A DNA stretch of 64,000 nt from Massalongia carnosa (taxonomy: Eukaryota), in NCBI GenBank assembly GCA_965645245.1, contig OZ287083.1:682001-746000 (forward strand), read 5' to 3'. Positions 50,893 to 63,670 of the stretch are shown here, piece after piece. A program made the position numbers and the translations under genes. Below the pieces are notes generated by a model that was given only the letters and a program-made list of their open reading frames with translations, was not told the DNA's origin and made no database searches. The number at the start of each line of letters is the position of its first letter. Within the stretch, counting starts at the first letter, position 1.

Positions 50893-50960
50893 TTATCCGT
50901 GCCACCCACATCGCTCGGGTCGCCTCGCTTAGACCCGAGCGATGTGGGTGGCACGGATAA
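50893..50960. repeat. Perfect inverted repeat, 29-bp arms and 10-nt loop
   Basis: TTATCCGTGCCACCCACATCGCTCGGGTC-gcctcgctta-GACCCGAGCGATGTGGGTGGCACGGATAA. Confidence 0.98.
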
Positions 50961-51131
50961 GTCTTTGCCTCTAACTAATCCATACTCTGCATGATGTAAC
51001 GCAACCATCCCTGGTAATTTATGCAAGCCTTCTCGGACTAGGTGCGTAGTATGATATTCAGGCTGTTACCTGAATCTTCAAATTCGAGTTACCGTCTTAC
51101 CTAGTTCATTGTTGGAGTTTGAGCCATTGCT

Positions 51132-54100
51132 ATGGATGAACAGAAGAGTTGGCTCTCGTATCTTACATTTGGTTATTTAGGACCGAGCCAGGACAGAATT
51201 GCTCTACCTGGTTTTGCACCTTTATCTCATGGACCTGGACTGTATAGAATCCACGAACCCGTTAATGCGGCTGTGGAGTAAGAGATATAACTCAAAACAC
51301 TCACTGTCACGCCCACTCCACTAACAGGTGGCTAGCATTGTCCTTGTCCATGGTTTGACTGGAAGCCGGCAAACGTGGTACGAACCACAGAGCCACACCT
51401 TTTGGCCCAAAGATCTCTTACCAAACAGTTTACCATTTGCTCGCATATTTATTTGGGAATACGATGCTGATGTCTTCAAGAACTGGGTAAATCATCACCC
51501 AAGCGCCAATAAGCTTTATGCGCATGGTTCGAATGTCTGTGAGAGACTTGCCGGGCATCGTGTCCGGACAGGCACGGTGAGATTAAAAATCTCGAGAAGC
51601 GCTTAATGACGCGGTCTAATGAGAGCTAGCAACGACGCCCGCTCATCTTTATCGGCCATTCTCTTGGAGGGCTAGTCATACAAAAAGCTCTGCTTCACTC
51701 TGATGAAAGTCCAGACACTCTTTACAGCGACATCGTTGATTCTACTGCCGGGGTCATCTTTCTTGGTACTCCGCATCGGGGATCAACATTGGCAGACTGG
51801 GGAGGTTTGGGAGCAGACTTTGCTCATGTCATGAAAGATGTAAACCGAGCCATTGTGGAGCTGTTAAAACCCAGATCGGAACTCTTGTTTCAATTAAGAG
51901 ACTCCTTTTTGAAGCTCGTGATCCGAAGATCGCGGGACCCAAACACGGCATTGAAGATCAAATGCTATTTTGAAGAGCTTGGGATGACTCTCATTGGTAA
52001 GGTCAGGAGCCAAGACCTCAACGCCAAACTTATCTTTTGCTAAAATCATCGTAGATCGTTACGGAGGACAGTGCTGTCTTCGAGGGCTATCCATTTGGCA
52101 GTATCCACGCAAATCATGTAAAAATGGCCAAATTTGGCAGCCAAAATGGGCTTGTTGATCAGGGATATGAAGACGTATTGGAATGCATTTGTATGATGAT
52201 TGGTCATGCAACACGTATGCAAGATTATAGAGGGGGCGCAGAGTCGGTTTTTGGGCGGCAAAGGCTTCGTTTGCCGATTGAGGGCGGCGAAGTTGTTCGG
52301 GAGAGTGGGTTTACGCAAAAACTACTACCAGACGATTTGAAGAACATTCACCGACCGATGACCGCTACGGCAGTTTGGATCAAGGCCCAGGCAGCTGATT
52401 CTCATGGGTTCTTAGCACAGTTTCAGACGAGATTTGTGGAGAAGAAATCATTTTTTCCATCGCGGACTTCGTCGCGTGTCCCGAGTAATGAGGAAGTTGA
52501 AAACAAAAAAATGGACTCTTTCTCGACGGTGTCGAAGCCTGACGAGATGGCTAGTACCAGGGAAATTTTCGAGATAGTGGAACAACAGTCGCAAGGAAAA
52601 GCTCCTTTGCCTATGACCCAACCAACTGACCAAAAACGAGTAGTCACTATTTTGGATTGGCTGTCGAATATCAACCATCAGGAAATGCATAATTTCAAAT
52701 GCTCCGAACGGTACCAACAGACAGGCGTTTGGATTTCGACCGACGCCGGGTTTCAGAAGTGGCGGGATACTTCTCAGTCAAGTGTGTTTTGGTTGCATGG
52801 CAAAGGTGAGACCTTCTCCGGTAGCTTTTGTGTGTTTTAATAGCTTACGTGCTTTAAGCTGGGGCTGGTAAATCGGTCCTTTCGTATGTGATAACCATAT
52901 GGCTGAGATTTCTCATGCTGTATCTAATCTAAACGAAGGTCTTTTGTTATCGATGCCCTTTCCGCAAATAAGACCGTCAATGTTCTTTACTTTTACTGCC
53001 AAAATAAGCAGTTTCGGAACCATATTTCTATACTTCGCTCATTTCTAAAGCAGCTGTACCTCAGAACCAACTTCTGTATGGTAATCGATGAGTTCTATCT
53101 CGCACACAAGAACGATACCCCTTGCGATGGGAGCGGAGAAGATATAAGGTCATACCTCGAACTCTTCCTCGGAATGCTTTCAACATCACGAACCTACATT
53201 GTACTGGATGGAATGGATGAATGCACAGAAGACGGCATAGAGAACCTTCTCAGTGCTTGGAAATATATTTCTCGGCGATCACGCAGAGTTGTCAAGCTCT
53301 TCGTATCTAGTCGCGATTCAGATTATATCCGTAATTTAATGAACCGCGAGTTAAACGAACGACCGCAAGCCAGCGCCCAGCTATCTCTCTCGATAAACGC
53401 AAATCAAGTTTCAGACGTTAAAGCCTTCATCGAAGGCCAATCTGAGCAAGTCGCCAGGGAATGGGATATATGGCAAACCTCCAGCCATGAAATACTCCAG
53501 TATGCAAAGTCAATGATTATGGAGCAATCACGTGGAAGGTATTTTTTTTTTGGCTGCGGATAAACCCTGCTAATGACATAACAGTTTCTCGCGGGTCCGT
53601 CTGCTTTTCGAGTCCATTAAGAATTCTACTACGTCATCTATAAATTACGCGACCGATGGACCAAAACCGAGATCTCTTCCCAGTAGCTTGGAAGCTGCCT
53701 ATAGTCATCTGATCAGAAATGTTGCCTCAAAAGACCCAATCACTGCATCAGTAATGGAAAGAACGTTTTACTGGCTTGTTTTTTCCCTTGAACCCTTGAG
53801 AGCCAGAGACATCGCATTTGCCATATGTCTCGGACTTGAGGAGGCGGATGAACAGCAGCTGAAGCCATTGAACGCCGCTCGGATATCCGATTGCTGCAAA
53901 GGCTTGGTGGTTTACATCGCACCGGACGAGCTGCGCTTGGTGCACCTTTCAGCTAAAGAATTCCTTTGCCAGCGACTGGACAGCAGCCTCGCTCATATGT
54001 ACCTGGCGAAGATTTGCCTGTCGGCTTTGACGTCTATGGCTCACCGGCAAGATGCGGACACGAGCCTGTGTGATGAAGAAAGCAGCGGCCAAGAAGGGCT

Positions 54101-54242
54101 GTATGCGTATGCGCAGCGTAATTATTTGCTCCATGGCTTCAAAGCCATTGCTTTGGACCAGCGAGTTGGGCCTTATATTGACGCAGATGAGCTCCCAGGT
54201 TTTGAGAGGACTCATCACATTAGCAGCCCACAGGGGCAATGA
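51132..54242 (+). CDS. NLR-like protein: SesB-type alpha/beta hydrolase + NACHT + winged helix, no obvious C-terminal repeats
   Basis: IVLVHGLTG, WPKDLLP, RPLIFIGHSLGGL, FLGTPHRGS; WLHGK|AGAGKS (Walker A), IVLDGMDEC (Walker B), LVHLSAKEFL; many introns. Confidence 0.85.
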
Positions 54243-54878
54243 AATAATGAAGTATCGGGATGTCAGGCTTTGCATCTTTTTGTTCATGCAAGGTACTCTC
54301 AAAGACCACTCTAAACTTGCATCGATATGTCTGCAACGTCGTAGAGCGATGACACAGGATCCGCCCATAGATAAATGGTTAATGGAATCTTGGTTCTCTA
54401 TTTGCGTGTTGGTGGGGCCTAGGAACCTCACAGGACGACTTAAAAGCAGCAACCTATAGGGAAAACTACTTATAATCTAGACTAGAACTGATATCAGGGG
54501 GACGATAGGTAAGATGTGCTTCGAAAATTGTTATGTAGGCTCAGTTAGGCCTTATATGACATCTCCATTCAATCTTGAACAACAGGGTAAATTATGACTA
54601 GAAAATCTTCTCCCAGCTCCCCTCTTGAATATATTTTGGGTTCTAAAATGCCCGTACACCAGCTAGATGAGAAATCGCCTGTAGCTCCTTTTGGCCCTGC
54701 TTTTCAGAGGAGATACCAATGAAAGAAAGTGAGAGTAGGTGTCTTGGTATGAACAGGACACATCTGCGCTACGCAACCACGTGGCAACGGTCGGGTTTTG
54801 TACTTGAAAACCCGACTCGAACCCCACTTGACCACGGGTTAAATCTGTTGATCCGTTCGACTTTTTACGTCTTTTAAA

Positions 54879-56508
54879 CTAATATTTAAACCCCCAAGAA
54901 CCACCTGCCCAATCTTTTCGCGGTGCGATGTCAACAAGAACCCGGCCCCTCGGTGGTGCAATTGCTAAAGACATGTTGCTTGTATCCTGCTGAGGATCAA
55001 CCCATTGGCCTGACGCTGGGTGTATGTCAAATTTCAAAACGAACATAGCGATCATCACTACGATCTCAGTTGTGGCAAAGTGTTTACCAGGACAAAGATT
55101 AACGCCACCCCCAAAACCTCGGAATGCTCCAGATTGTATCTTCTTCGAGTTTGATTTGACAAACTTTTGGCAGTCGAAATCTTTGGCCTTTCCGCCCCAA
55201 ACGGATTCGTCAAAATGTAGTTCATGGTTTGGTAAGATAAGAAAAGAGTCTTTCTTTAATAGATAGCGGTTGTCTAGTAGAACGTCCTCCAAAACCATGC
55301 GAGCTCCTGCACCTGACGTGCGATGGCGGAGCGATTCGTGAAGGATGGAAGTGAGAACAGTTATTTCTCTAATCTTGTTGACATCTAATATTCTAGATAT
55401 CACGCCTCCCTCTTCTTTGATTGTCAGACAGGCGCTAACCTGCTCTCGTACAGTTCTCAGGATTGCAGAATCCGAAAATACATGGTACATTGTCCAAAAG
55501 GTTGTTGGAATTGTGTTGGCGAGGAGTGCAACGCCATTTACACATTCGAAGCGCGCGGTATCATTTGGAACAAAATCCTGGCTCAGAATCTGGTTACGGA
55601 CTTTTGTCAAATGGGAACCTTTTTGTTGACCTTTGGCGGCAAAGTACTTTTCAAAGGCAGCAACAACCTTTTCGCGCCCAACATATCCTTTCGACACAAA
55701 CACATTGGGCGTGATTCCTGTAAGGAGCATGATAGTGTCATCCAGAAAATCCCTACAACGCTCAGTAAGTGCTGGACTTACCCTTACAAACCTTGTGATA
55801 GGCTTACCAAAACCCCTCCTCAACTTCTGGATCTCGATACGGATTCATTGGGCCATAAACACTTTCTGTCGTTGCAATGGTCATTTCATGCTGCACCCAT
55901 TTCCAAAGGTTTATCCGCCTCGCTTCAGGCTTCATCTCGAACTGTTCAAGTGCGGTTGCAATAATCTGGGAGGTGCCCTGAACCATTGCATCAACTTCTT
56001 GTCCCGGCATCATCGCTTGATGCGTCGCCCTTATCCCTTTAACTAACAAGCTGTGGTCAACCTGCTCGCCGTGGAGGTTCTCCACTATTCGCTCACTCGC
56101 TTCCTTACTCATTCCCCCCAGCTTTGCTGTGAATTTGCCTTCAACAAACCAAAATGACACGGTTTTAGGAAGCCGCTGACAGGAAAGCACGAGCTCGGGT
56201 GAGTTTACAACATAAACTCGGCCACGAAGCATGGCTAAGCTGTAAATTTTGAGGGCGTATCTGGCACTAGATGGGAGTTAGCTTTAGCATCCATGGTGAC
56301 CTTTGTCTTACTTGAGCTTAGCATAGTACCGGTTCTTGTGCCAGAATAGACCAATAACATGGCCAAAGTACGGGATCGTAGAGGGGACGAAAGGAGGCTC
56401 TCTAGAATCCCGCTTAACTCTAAGCACTGTGTCGAGGACAAGGAGACCGCATGCTATAGCCACCAGCGTCAGAAGTATACCTGTTGTGTCAAAAGCGGAA
56501 ACTTCCAT
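54879..56508 (-). CDS. Cytochrome P450 (CYP7/prostacyclin-synthase-like fungal clade)
   Basis: N-terminal TM and EPP, ANTIPTTFW, ESLR, FGGGVNLCPG heme motif; two introns. Confidence 0.92.
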
Positions 56509-57130
56509 AACAAGTCTTATGTTCCAGTGCGTCTAAACGTCTCTAATAAACCATACAACAATCAGCAATGACGGTTGAGATTAAGAAAGATCGTAAATAA
56601 ATTACGTCGGGATAGAGTAGGAAATGTAAAATCCCACTTTATTGCACAGACGAAATCAACAAGTAAATAAGGTCAAGTAAGGAGCACAACACGTCCATAT
56701 CTGCCTACAGTAGGTAACAACATTGCTGGATCTTTGGAGTCGTGTGGCTCGGTGCTTGATCCTCGCCAGAGTGTCACCTTGCAGCTCAAATCCTGAGGAG
56801 GTAAAGTTCTGCGCCGCCTCCTGATCCATATATGTAGCCATGCCTCATCTCCATGCACGCAAAGCGATTTGTAACCGACGCTGGCACCCTGTACGACACT
56901 GCCTTAATTTTAATGCTATACCTCTAGTGGTGGCACAGTAGCTGTACGTAGCTGTCGTTGATTGTACTCGCATGATGGGCCGCTGGCATAGATATCTCCT
57001 CGCATATGATAATAGCTTTTTACTTCAGCTATATTTGTAAACTCCCACCTTGAGAACCTTGTTCAATGCTTCATACACTGTCAGAACTAGCCGAAAAATC
57101 ACTCCTCATAGACTTTGCAAATCTCCATCC

Positions 57131-58267
57131 ATGGAGCCATCACCAGCCCGCCCTCTAGGCTCGGTGCTCGTCGTCGGCGGCTGCGGATTTGTCGGCGTCC
57201 ACATTGTCCAACACTTCCTCCGCTCACCCGACTTCACCTCCGTCTCCGTCCTGAGCCGTAACCCCACTCTCAACATTCTCCCCAACGTAAACTACCATGT
57301 CGGGGACATCACCTCCTCTCCCATCCTTCACACCCTCATCGCCCAAATCCGCCCCACCATTATCGTCCACGCCGCCTGCCCCTCCGCCACCACCGCCCCC
57401 GCCTCAACCCTCGAAAAAGTAACCGTAACCGGCACGCGCAACCTCCTCTCCGCCGCGCTCTCCACCCCTTCCGTCCGCGCCTTCATCTACACCTCCTCCA
57501 GCACCATGGCCGCCGGCCACGCGCACATCAACCTCGATGAGACCGCCCCGCTCGCCGATTCCATCGCCTCTAGCCACCCGTACGCCCGCACCAAAGCCCA
57601 AGCCGATACTCTGGTCCTCGCCGCTAACCATCCGGCCTCCTCTTCCCCAACGGAAGGTTCTCTGCACACAGCCTGCATCCGCCTCCCTATCGTCTACGGC
57701 GAGCGAGACCTCTTGGGCACCCCCGGAGTGCTGGGCGCGCTGCAGCGTGGCCAGACGGGCGTGCAGATCGGGGACGGCGGCAATCTGTGGGACTTCTGTA
57801 GCGCGGAGAACGCGGCGGCCGCGCACGTGCTGCTCGCCAAAGCCCTGCTGCTGCGTTATTCATGGACGGGGGCACCGAAGGTGGACGGCGAAGCGTTCCA
57901 CATCAACGACGGGGAGAGGCATCTATTCTGGGATTTCCCACGAGCGGTGTGGACGGCTGCCGGGAAGCCGGTGCGGCGGGAAGAGATGTGGGTGATTCCG
58001 ACGTGGTTGGCACTGCTGATGGCGGGGGTGACGGGGTGGGTGCTTTGGATAGGGACGGCGGGAAGGAAGCGACCGGGGCAGTTCGGGAGGCAGCAGGTTG
58101 ATTATTATTGTTTCGAGCACACGTATGAGATTGGGAAGGCGAGGGAGATGCTAAGGTATAGGCCCGTGACTGGAGGGTGGGAGGAGGGGATCCAAAAGGC
58201 GGTGGAGTGGTCGTTGAAGGAGGGCGGGTGGGGTGAGAAGCTTGGGGGCCATGAGAAGAAGTCGTAA
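57131..58267 (+). CDS. 3-beta-hydroxysteroid dehydrogenase/C4-decarboxylase-like (Erg26 family) extended SDR
   Basis: VLVVGGCGFVG, YTSSS, YARTK, IVYGERD, DGEAFHINDG; intronless. Confidence 0.88.
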   Translation: MEPSPARPLGSVLVVGGCGFVGVHIVQHFLRSPDFTSVSVLSRNPTLNILPNVNYHVGDITSSPILHTLIAQIRPTIIVHAACPSATTAPASTLEKVTVTGTRNLLSAALSTPSVRAFIYTSSSTMAAGHAHINLDETAPLADSIASSHPYARTKAQADTLVLAANHPASSSPTEGSLHTACIRLPIVYGERDLLGTPGVLGALQRGQTGVQIGDGGNLWDFCSAENAAAAHVLLAKALLLRYSWTGAPKVDGEAFHINDGERHLFWDFPRAVWTAAGKPVRREEMWVIPTWLALLMAGVTGWVLWIGTAGRKRPGQFGRQQVDYYCFEHTYEIGKAREMLRYRPVTGGWEEGIQKAVEWSLKEGGWGEKLGGHEKKS

Positions 58268-58419
58268 ATGACAATCAGTAGCATTCGATTTGATACTAAG
58301 CATTTTATACAGGCTCTATGGGTATTCTGACAAGACTTACACTGGGTTGGTATCGAATATGTATGCTTTACTGAAATAATGGCAGAAATCATGCTAATCC
58401 CTCCCTCCTCCATTGCTGA

Positions 58420-60529
58420 CTATCGACTGTCTACCGGGGTTCGGGGTCTTATCCGGAGAGTTAGGCTCGCTTTCGGAATGATAGCCGAGCGCCATTGGAA
58501 GGATCTTGAACCTTTGATAGGATCTAGTTTGCAGTCATAGTTCCGTAGCAGGTGGGCGACAACCAATTTCAGAACCAAGGTTGCATAGAACCTCCCTGGG
58601 CTATCCAAGAAAAACATGTTATTGGCCTGCCGGTGAATGGCGGGATGAGACGGCGGGATTAGGTGCAGTACATACCACAAAATTCGGCCGGCTCCCCACA
58701 CCAGCCAGTCTTCCGAAGCATCGGTCAATTTGGATGGCTTGACGGCATCTGTAGAACTAGTGCTGGTGTTATTGATAAAGCGGAAGGCGTTGAACTCCAA
58801 AGGATTCTCGTAGTACTGGCTGTCACGCATCATGGGGCGGTGAGGAACGCAAATCCAGTCTCCGACTGAAACACGGAATCCATCAGAGAATGAGAAGGGA
58901 GTCAGAGCTTGTCGCCGCACACCAGCTGGAAGGGTATTAGGATACTTAAGTGGCAAGTGAATTTGGAAAGACTTACTGCTCTCGAAAGCGCTCAATCGCG
59001 CGGATTCCCTAATAAAGCTATCTAGAAGTGGTAGGCCATCAGCAGTCTTCTTGAAGTCGTCGTAGAGAGATCCCTGAACTTCGTTCCGAAGAGGCTCAAT
59101 GTACTCCTCATGGGAGTATAGATCTACCAAGGTGTATGTGGTCGCCTGAGATCCCCATGTCAGCCTATCTAATTTCTCTTGCACAGGTTTACATACAATC
59201 GCTAGGGTGTGAACCGAGCCATACCAAATCCCCATGATCTCGCCCACAAGTCGATCTGCGCTCCAGTTCTCCCTCCTCGGTGATGTGTCTACCAACCACT
59301 GGATGCCATCGCTCTATGTTGTATGAGCAGTATAATATGCGCGGAAGAAAAATGACTATACCGGCTTTTCTACATACGGTCCTAGATTTATGGTGTCCCT
59401 GGCTTCAAGACGCTGCTCGACTACCGGAAGGAGAAAACTGTACATGATTGTCGTAGACCGATATCTTCGAGTCGCTATACTTGCAAGAGACCTAAAACAC
59501 TTATATCAGACAAGCAGAACGATAGTGAAAGAAAGACGTACGGAGCGATAACACCTGGCATAATGCGAAGGATTTCTGCGGCAAGAAAAACATCCTCAGG
59601 AAATGCGAGGGCAGCATCGACAAATTTTTGAATTCGTGCTACCAGAGTCAGCGAAGGAAATACCGAGCGTCCCGTGAGTCTTACACAATTCAGATCCAAA
59701 GAAGACAAGAGAATTGGTTCTTGTCACCAGTCTTTTGGCTAGAGCAAAAAGCGGAATTCGACAGTGGGCTTGTCAAATTTTAGAGTACTCAGAGATGTTC
59801 TTGCTAGACGATATGTATTTTGACTTACATTTAGTGGCTTTATGCCTATCAAGTTCCATTTCAAAATGATCCGCAATGGTTGAGTTTAGATTTGGAAGCA
59901 CGACAGGTAGGTGGGCTGTAAGAAGACATCGCAGTGCACGAACAAATCCCGTGCCTTCAACACCTCTTCGATCTTTCCATTCAAATCCATGCATTGTATG
60001 CTTTGGCTGTAGAAACTGAGGGTCATACTTGTCAGTTTAAACTGTGAAATGCGATTTTTCCACCCACATCCTTTGCAACTGCGTGCAGGGATAGTTGATT
60101 CAATGGAGCTCTGTTTAACTCTTGAATATGCGTTCGAGACGTGATCATGACATTCTGCTTGCCTAGAGTTTGGATAATGAATGGTTTTCCTTTGGCCTGA
60201 GAATCGTGTTAAAAGCTTATATGCAAGATCTGGGTTATAATAATTGCCTTGATGTATGCCCTGTCTATTACAGACGCACCGGCAAATAGGTATAATATCC
60301 CAAAGATTTTGTTCTGAATGATCTCGAATGCTCTCCATGCATATAATGGCTTTTCATATGAAGACTCGCCATTCTATAATGCTCGTTAGCGCGAACAGTA
60401 TGGAAAGCATTAGTTAATAGAGAATACTATGTACTGGCTTCTCAATTTCAGGAGTACATAGCCCAAATAAATAATCATAACAGCAAGTGAACTAGGCAGA
60501 TGATTGTTTTCCAACAGAGCTCCGAGCAT
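58420..60529 (-). CDS. Cytochrome P450 (ent-kaurene-oxidase/terpenoid-type), many introns
   Basis: N-terminal TM exon from ATG 60529; LDSFIRESAR, FNAFRF, WGAGRIL|CPGRFYA. Confidence 0.88.
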
Positions 60530-61975
60530 CTTGAGTTACTCGTGGCTTGATACTCTTATGAGGTTGCGATATGAGGTGCAAATGGGTGCGTTGAATCAAT
60601 AGAATTGCTGTATGGTATGAATGAGATGAATGGAAAAAGAAGCGTAACTAGCTGTTTGCACTCGCAAAACCTAACTAACTACACAGAACGAGGTGAGAGC
60701 GATGCCCCTTCTTGGTGGGCCTCTCATCTAATTTATACCCTCAGCTTGCCCCTCGCTGTGCACCTCGCCTCTCGACCGCACTTTCTTACCCCGAAATCGA
60801 TGTGACTAGTCACCACCAAGGCTGACTCGTTTTATCATGCAGTAGTATGAGATTTACAGAGCATATATTTTATCTTATACAAAAAACAGAAATTATATAG
60901 GAAAAGCGAGCAGTCATCAGCTATCAAAGGATCTAGACGCCACTAGACGAAATGTCCCGTCACAATTATATTTTTACCCACGTTGGCTCTGCCATGCTCC
61001 TATCCCGGCAAAGTTCTGGAACGAGCAGATGGACAAGAGGATTGCTCATGTTGGCATTTGATTTTGGAATATGGTGCTATGCCTTAAAGGATCATAAGAT
61101 TTGAAACACGGCCTCATCCATTCCTTTGCACTGAAGCTTTTATAAACTAGTATCAACTATCGAGATATACCTAGTGTGGTGATGCCTGGCCGACCCTAGT
61201 GGGCCCATGTGTATCTGCGCTTATGCTAGATAGTCTGATCTGCAAGGACAATCCAGTGGACAGTTTGCAAGAAATGTAATGCTGAATCTTGAATAGATAG
61301 TGAAAAGACGCAAATCAACCTTTCGCTATAAGGAGATGAGGAGAGGATATGGAATAAAGATTGTTAGATAAAAAATATACAGCACAACCAGGATGATTCG
61401 GACGATGCAAGGATATAAGGGGTGCTAAGGCAAGTCTACCGCATATGCACGAAATTCTTATCCCAGTCTCAAGCTAAGAGAGCCTGTTACCCGTACCCAC
61501 TAGGTGGAAATGTAATCTGTACGGCACAGCGAAGGAGATGGATAGATCGTCTGTCATTGCACTGCCTTCCAGGAAGAATATGCTCCAGGTATACTAGAAG
61601 GTGGCAGCGGGATTACCAGAGGCCTTTGTTGGTTTGGTAGGCACGATAGGGTTCTGTGAGAATTACGCCAAGCCTTGGGTGAAGGTGGTAGAGTAGCATC
61701 GATGCAGTCATCTCTCATCTGCACCTAGGAACTTATCTTCATCGGGTTTCTATGCCGTATGAGTGCTTGATTTCAAACATTTCGATTGAGCCGATCGCTG
61801 CATTTTGCTAAATGTAGAGAACCGCTAGACCAACAGATCGATTGAAATTATGAGGTATTCTAGCTCAGTCTTAGATGGACAGTCCGTCACAGCCGCACAA
61901 ACTCCATCTGTTGGCATCAAATCCCTGACCATCCTTGAAGTTCGCTTTGGAAAGGCGCACCAAAGTTATTATTCA

Positions 61976-62022
61976 TCTCTCTCTCTCTCTCTATCTCTCG
62001 CTCTCTCGCCTTGCTCTCTCTC
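61976..62022 (+). repeat. (CT)n microsatellite
   Basis: Interrupted CT run upstream of the Pth11-like gene. Confidence 0.8.
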
Positions 62023-62134
62023 TTTGTTTTCCCCCTTTCTCTTGCCATAGTCCTTCGTTGTGCCTATATGCCTTCATCTTTGTAACGAAAAGAAATCATC
62101 TACCCCCATAATATCCGTCCGAGAACTGTCCAAA

Positions 62135-63670
62135 ATGACGACTTCTCTTGCAAATATAAGCCCAGAACAAATCAATAGCCTTTCCAACTATCCTGCGCTG
62201 CAACCACCCCCAGGAGTTGTGCCAAATTTCGTGAACCCGGAAAACCAGAATCGGCCTCTTCTTGTTACGGCTTCACTTGAGCTTGGACTTATGATAGTGT
62301 TTGTTCTAAATCGGTTCTATTCTAAGTCTTTCCTTGTTCGTAAATACTCTTGGGATGACTGTCAGTCAAGCCTTGCTCTCTCTGAGCTCGAATCTGTAGC
62401 TAATACAAGCAATAGTGACAGTGCTGCTTGCTGTTGTAAGTACTAGTACGTCGTAAAGGTTGCGATATGAGGAGGGAGCGTTAACGGGAGTGTTTGCCAG
62501 ATCGGCTCCGTTGCCTATTACGTCGCCTGTGTTTGGGGTAAGCCATGCCGTTATCTACGATCAAGATGAGTTATCTGACTGTGGTTTTCGTTTCTTAGGG
62601 GCTCAAAAGGGTAGATTAGGAGTACATCAATGGGACATTAACATTCCTGAAATTTCAAGCCTAGATTTGCTCGTCGTAAGTTATACTTCTGGGGGATACA
62701 AACAATGTCTTACACCCAAAATCAAAAAGCCTAGCTACTTAATCGCCATCATTACACCACCTACTCTGTTATTTACAAAAATATCGTTTTTTTTTCTCTA
62801 CCTTCAAGTCTTCAAACCAATGCGATGGTTGCGAATTTCCGCGTACATCGGCACTCTTGTTACCACTGCTTTTTATCTAGGCATGACAGTTGCGCAATTT
62901 GTCTTTGCAACGCCCAGGCGGGGAGAAACGTGGACTTCGCACCAGACAACACGGAATGAACACTGGGCTCTTGCCATGTCCGTCCCACAATCTGCAGTCG
63001 GTCTCGCTATCGACCTTTACATCTTGGTTCTGCCGGTTATAGCCGTTAGCCAGCTGCAACTCCCAACCCGACGCAAAATCGGTGTTATTCTACTATTTAT
63101 GACTGGCATACTGTACGAACATCGTGCTCCTTCGCTCTAAGTCCGTCATGCTAATTTTGACAGGGCTTGCTTGAGTTCCACGCTCAGTATATACTACAGA
63201 TATATTCTGGATCATTCTGCAGACGTTACGTGGAATCTTATGCCTGTAAATACCGTTACGCAAGTCTTTCATTACTCTTTCAATCATGATGAGCTAACAA
63301 CTAACCATTCACAAGTCTTACTGAGATGTTTGTCGGTATTATTTGTACCTGTATGCCATCTGCCGCTTACACGTGTCGCCAAACGCTTCCTTCTTTCGAT
63401 ACCCTGAAAACTCTATTGTATTCTCGATCCAAGTCTTTTGGATCCAGTCTGAACCGAAACGACAATTCAATGTCAGACGCGGAAAAACCAATTCCGAGGA
63501 ACCCGCACGGGTCCTACATCAATCTTAGTAGCTCTAAAAACCCACAAGGTTCGGACTTAGCGCAGTATCAGACCGTACATACCGTCATAGGAGCTGGAAC
63601 TCAGGATAATGTGGAAAAGAACGGTATTTATATAGATCATCACTTGCAAATGAGTTGGGAGCAGGTTTAG
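62135..63670 (+). CDS. Pth11-like (fungal rhodopsin domain) integral membrane protein without CFEM
   Basis: PPPGVVPNFVNP, SWDD, GVHQWDI, KISFFFLYLQVF, DLYILVLP, EMFVGIICTCMP; several short exons. Confidence 0.88.
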
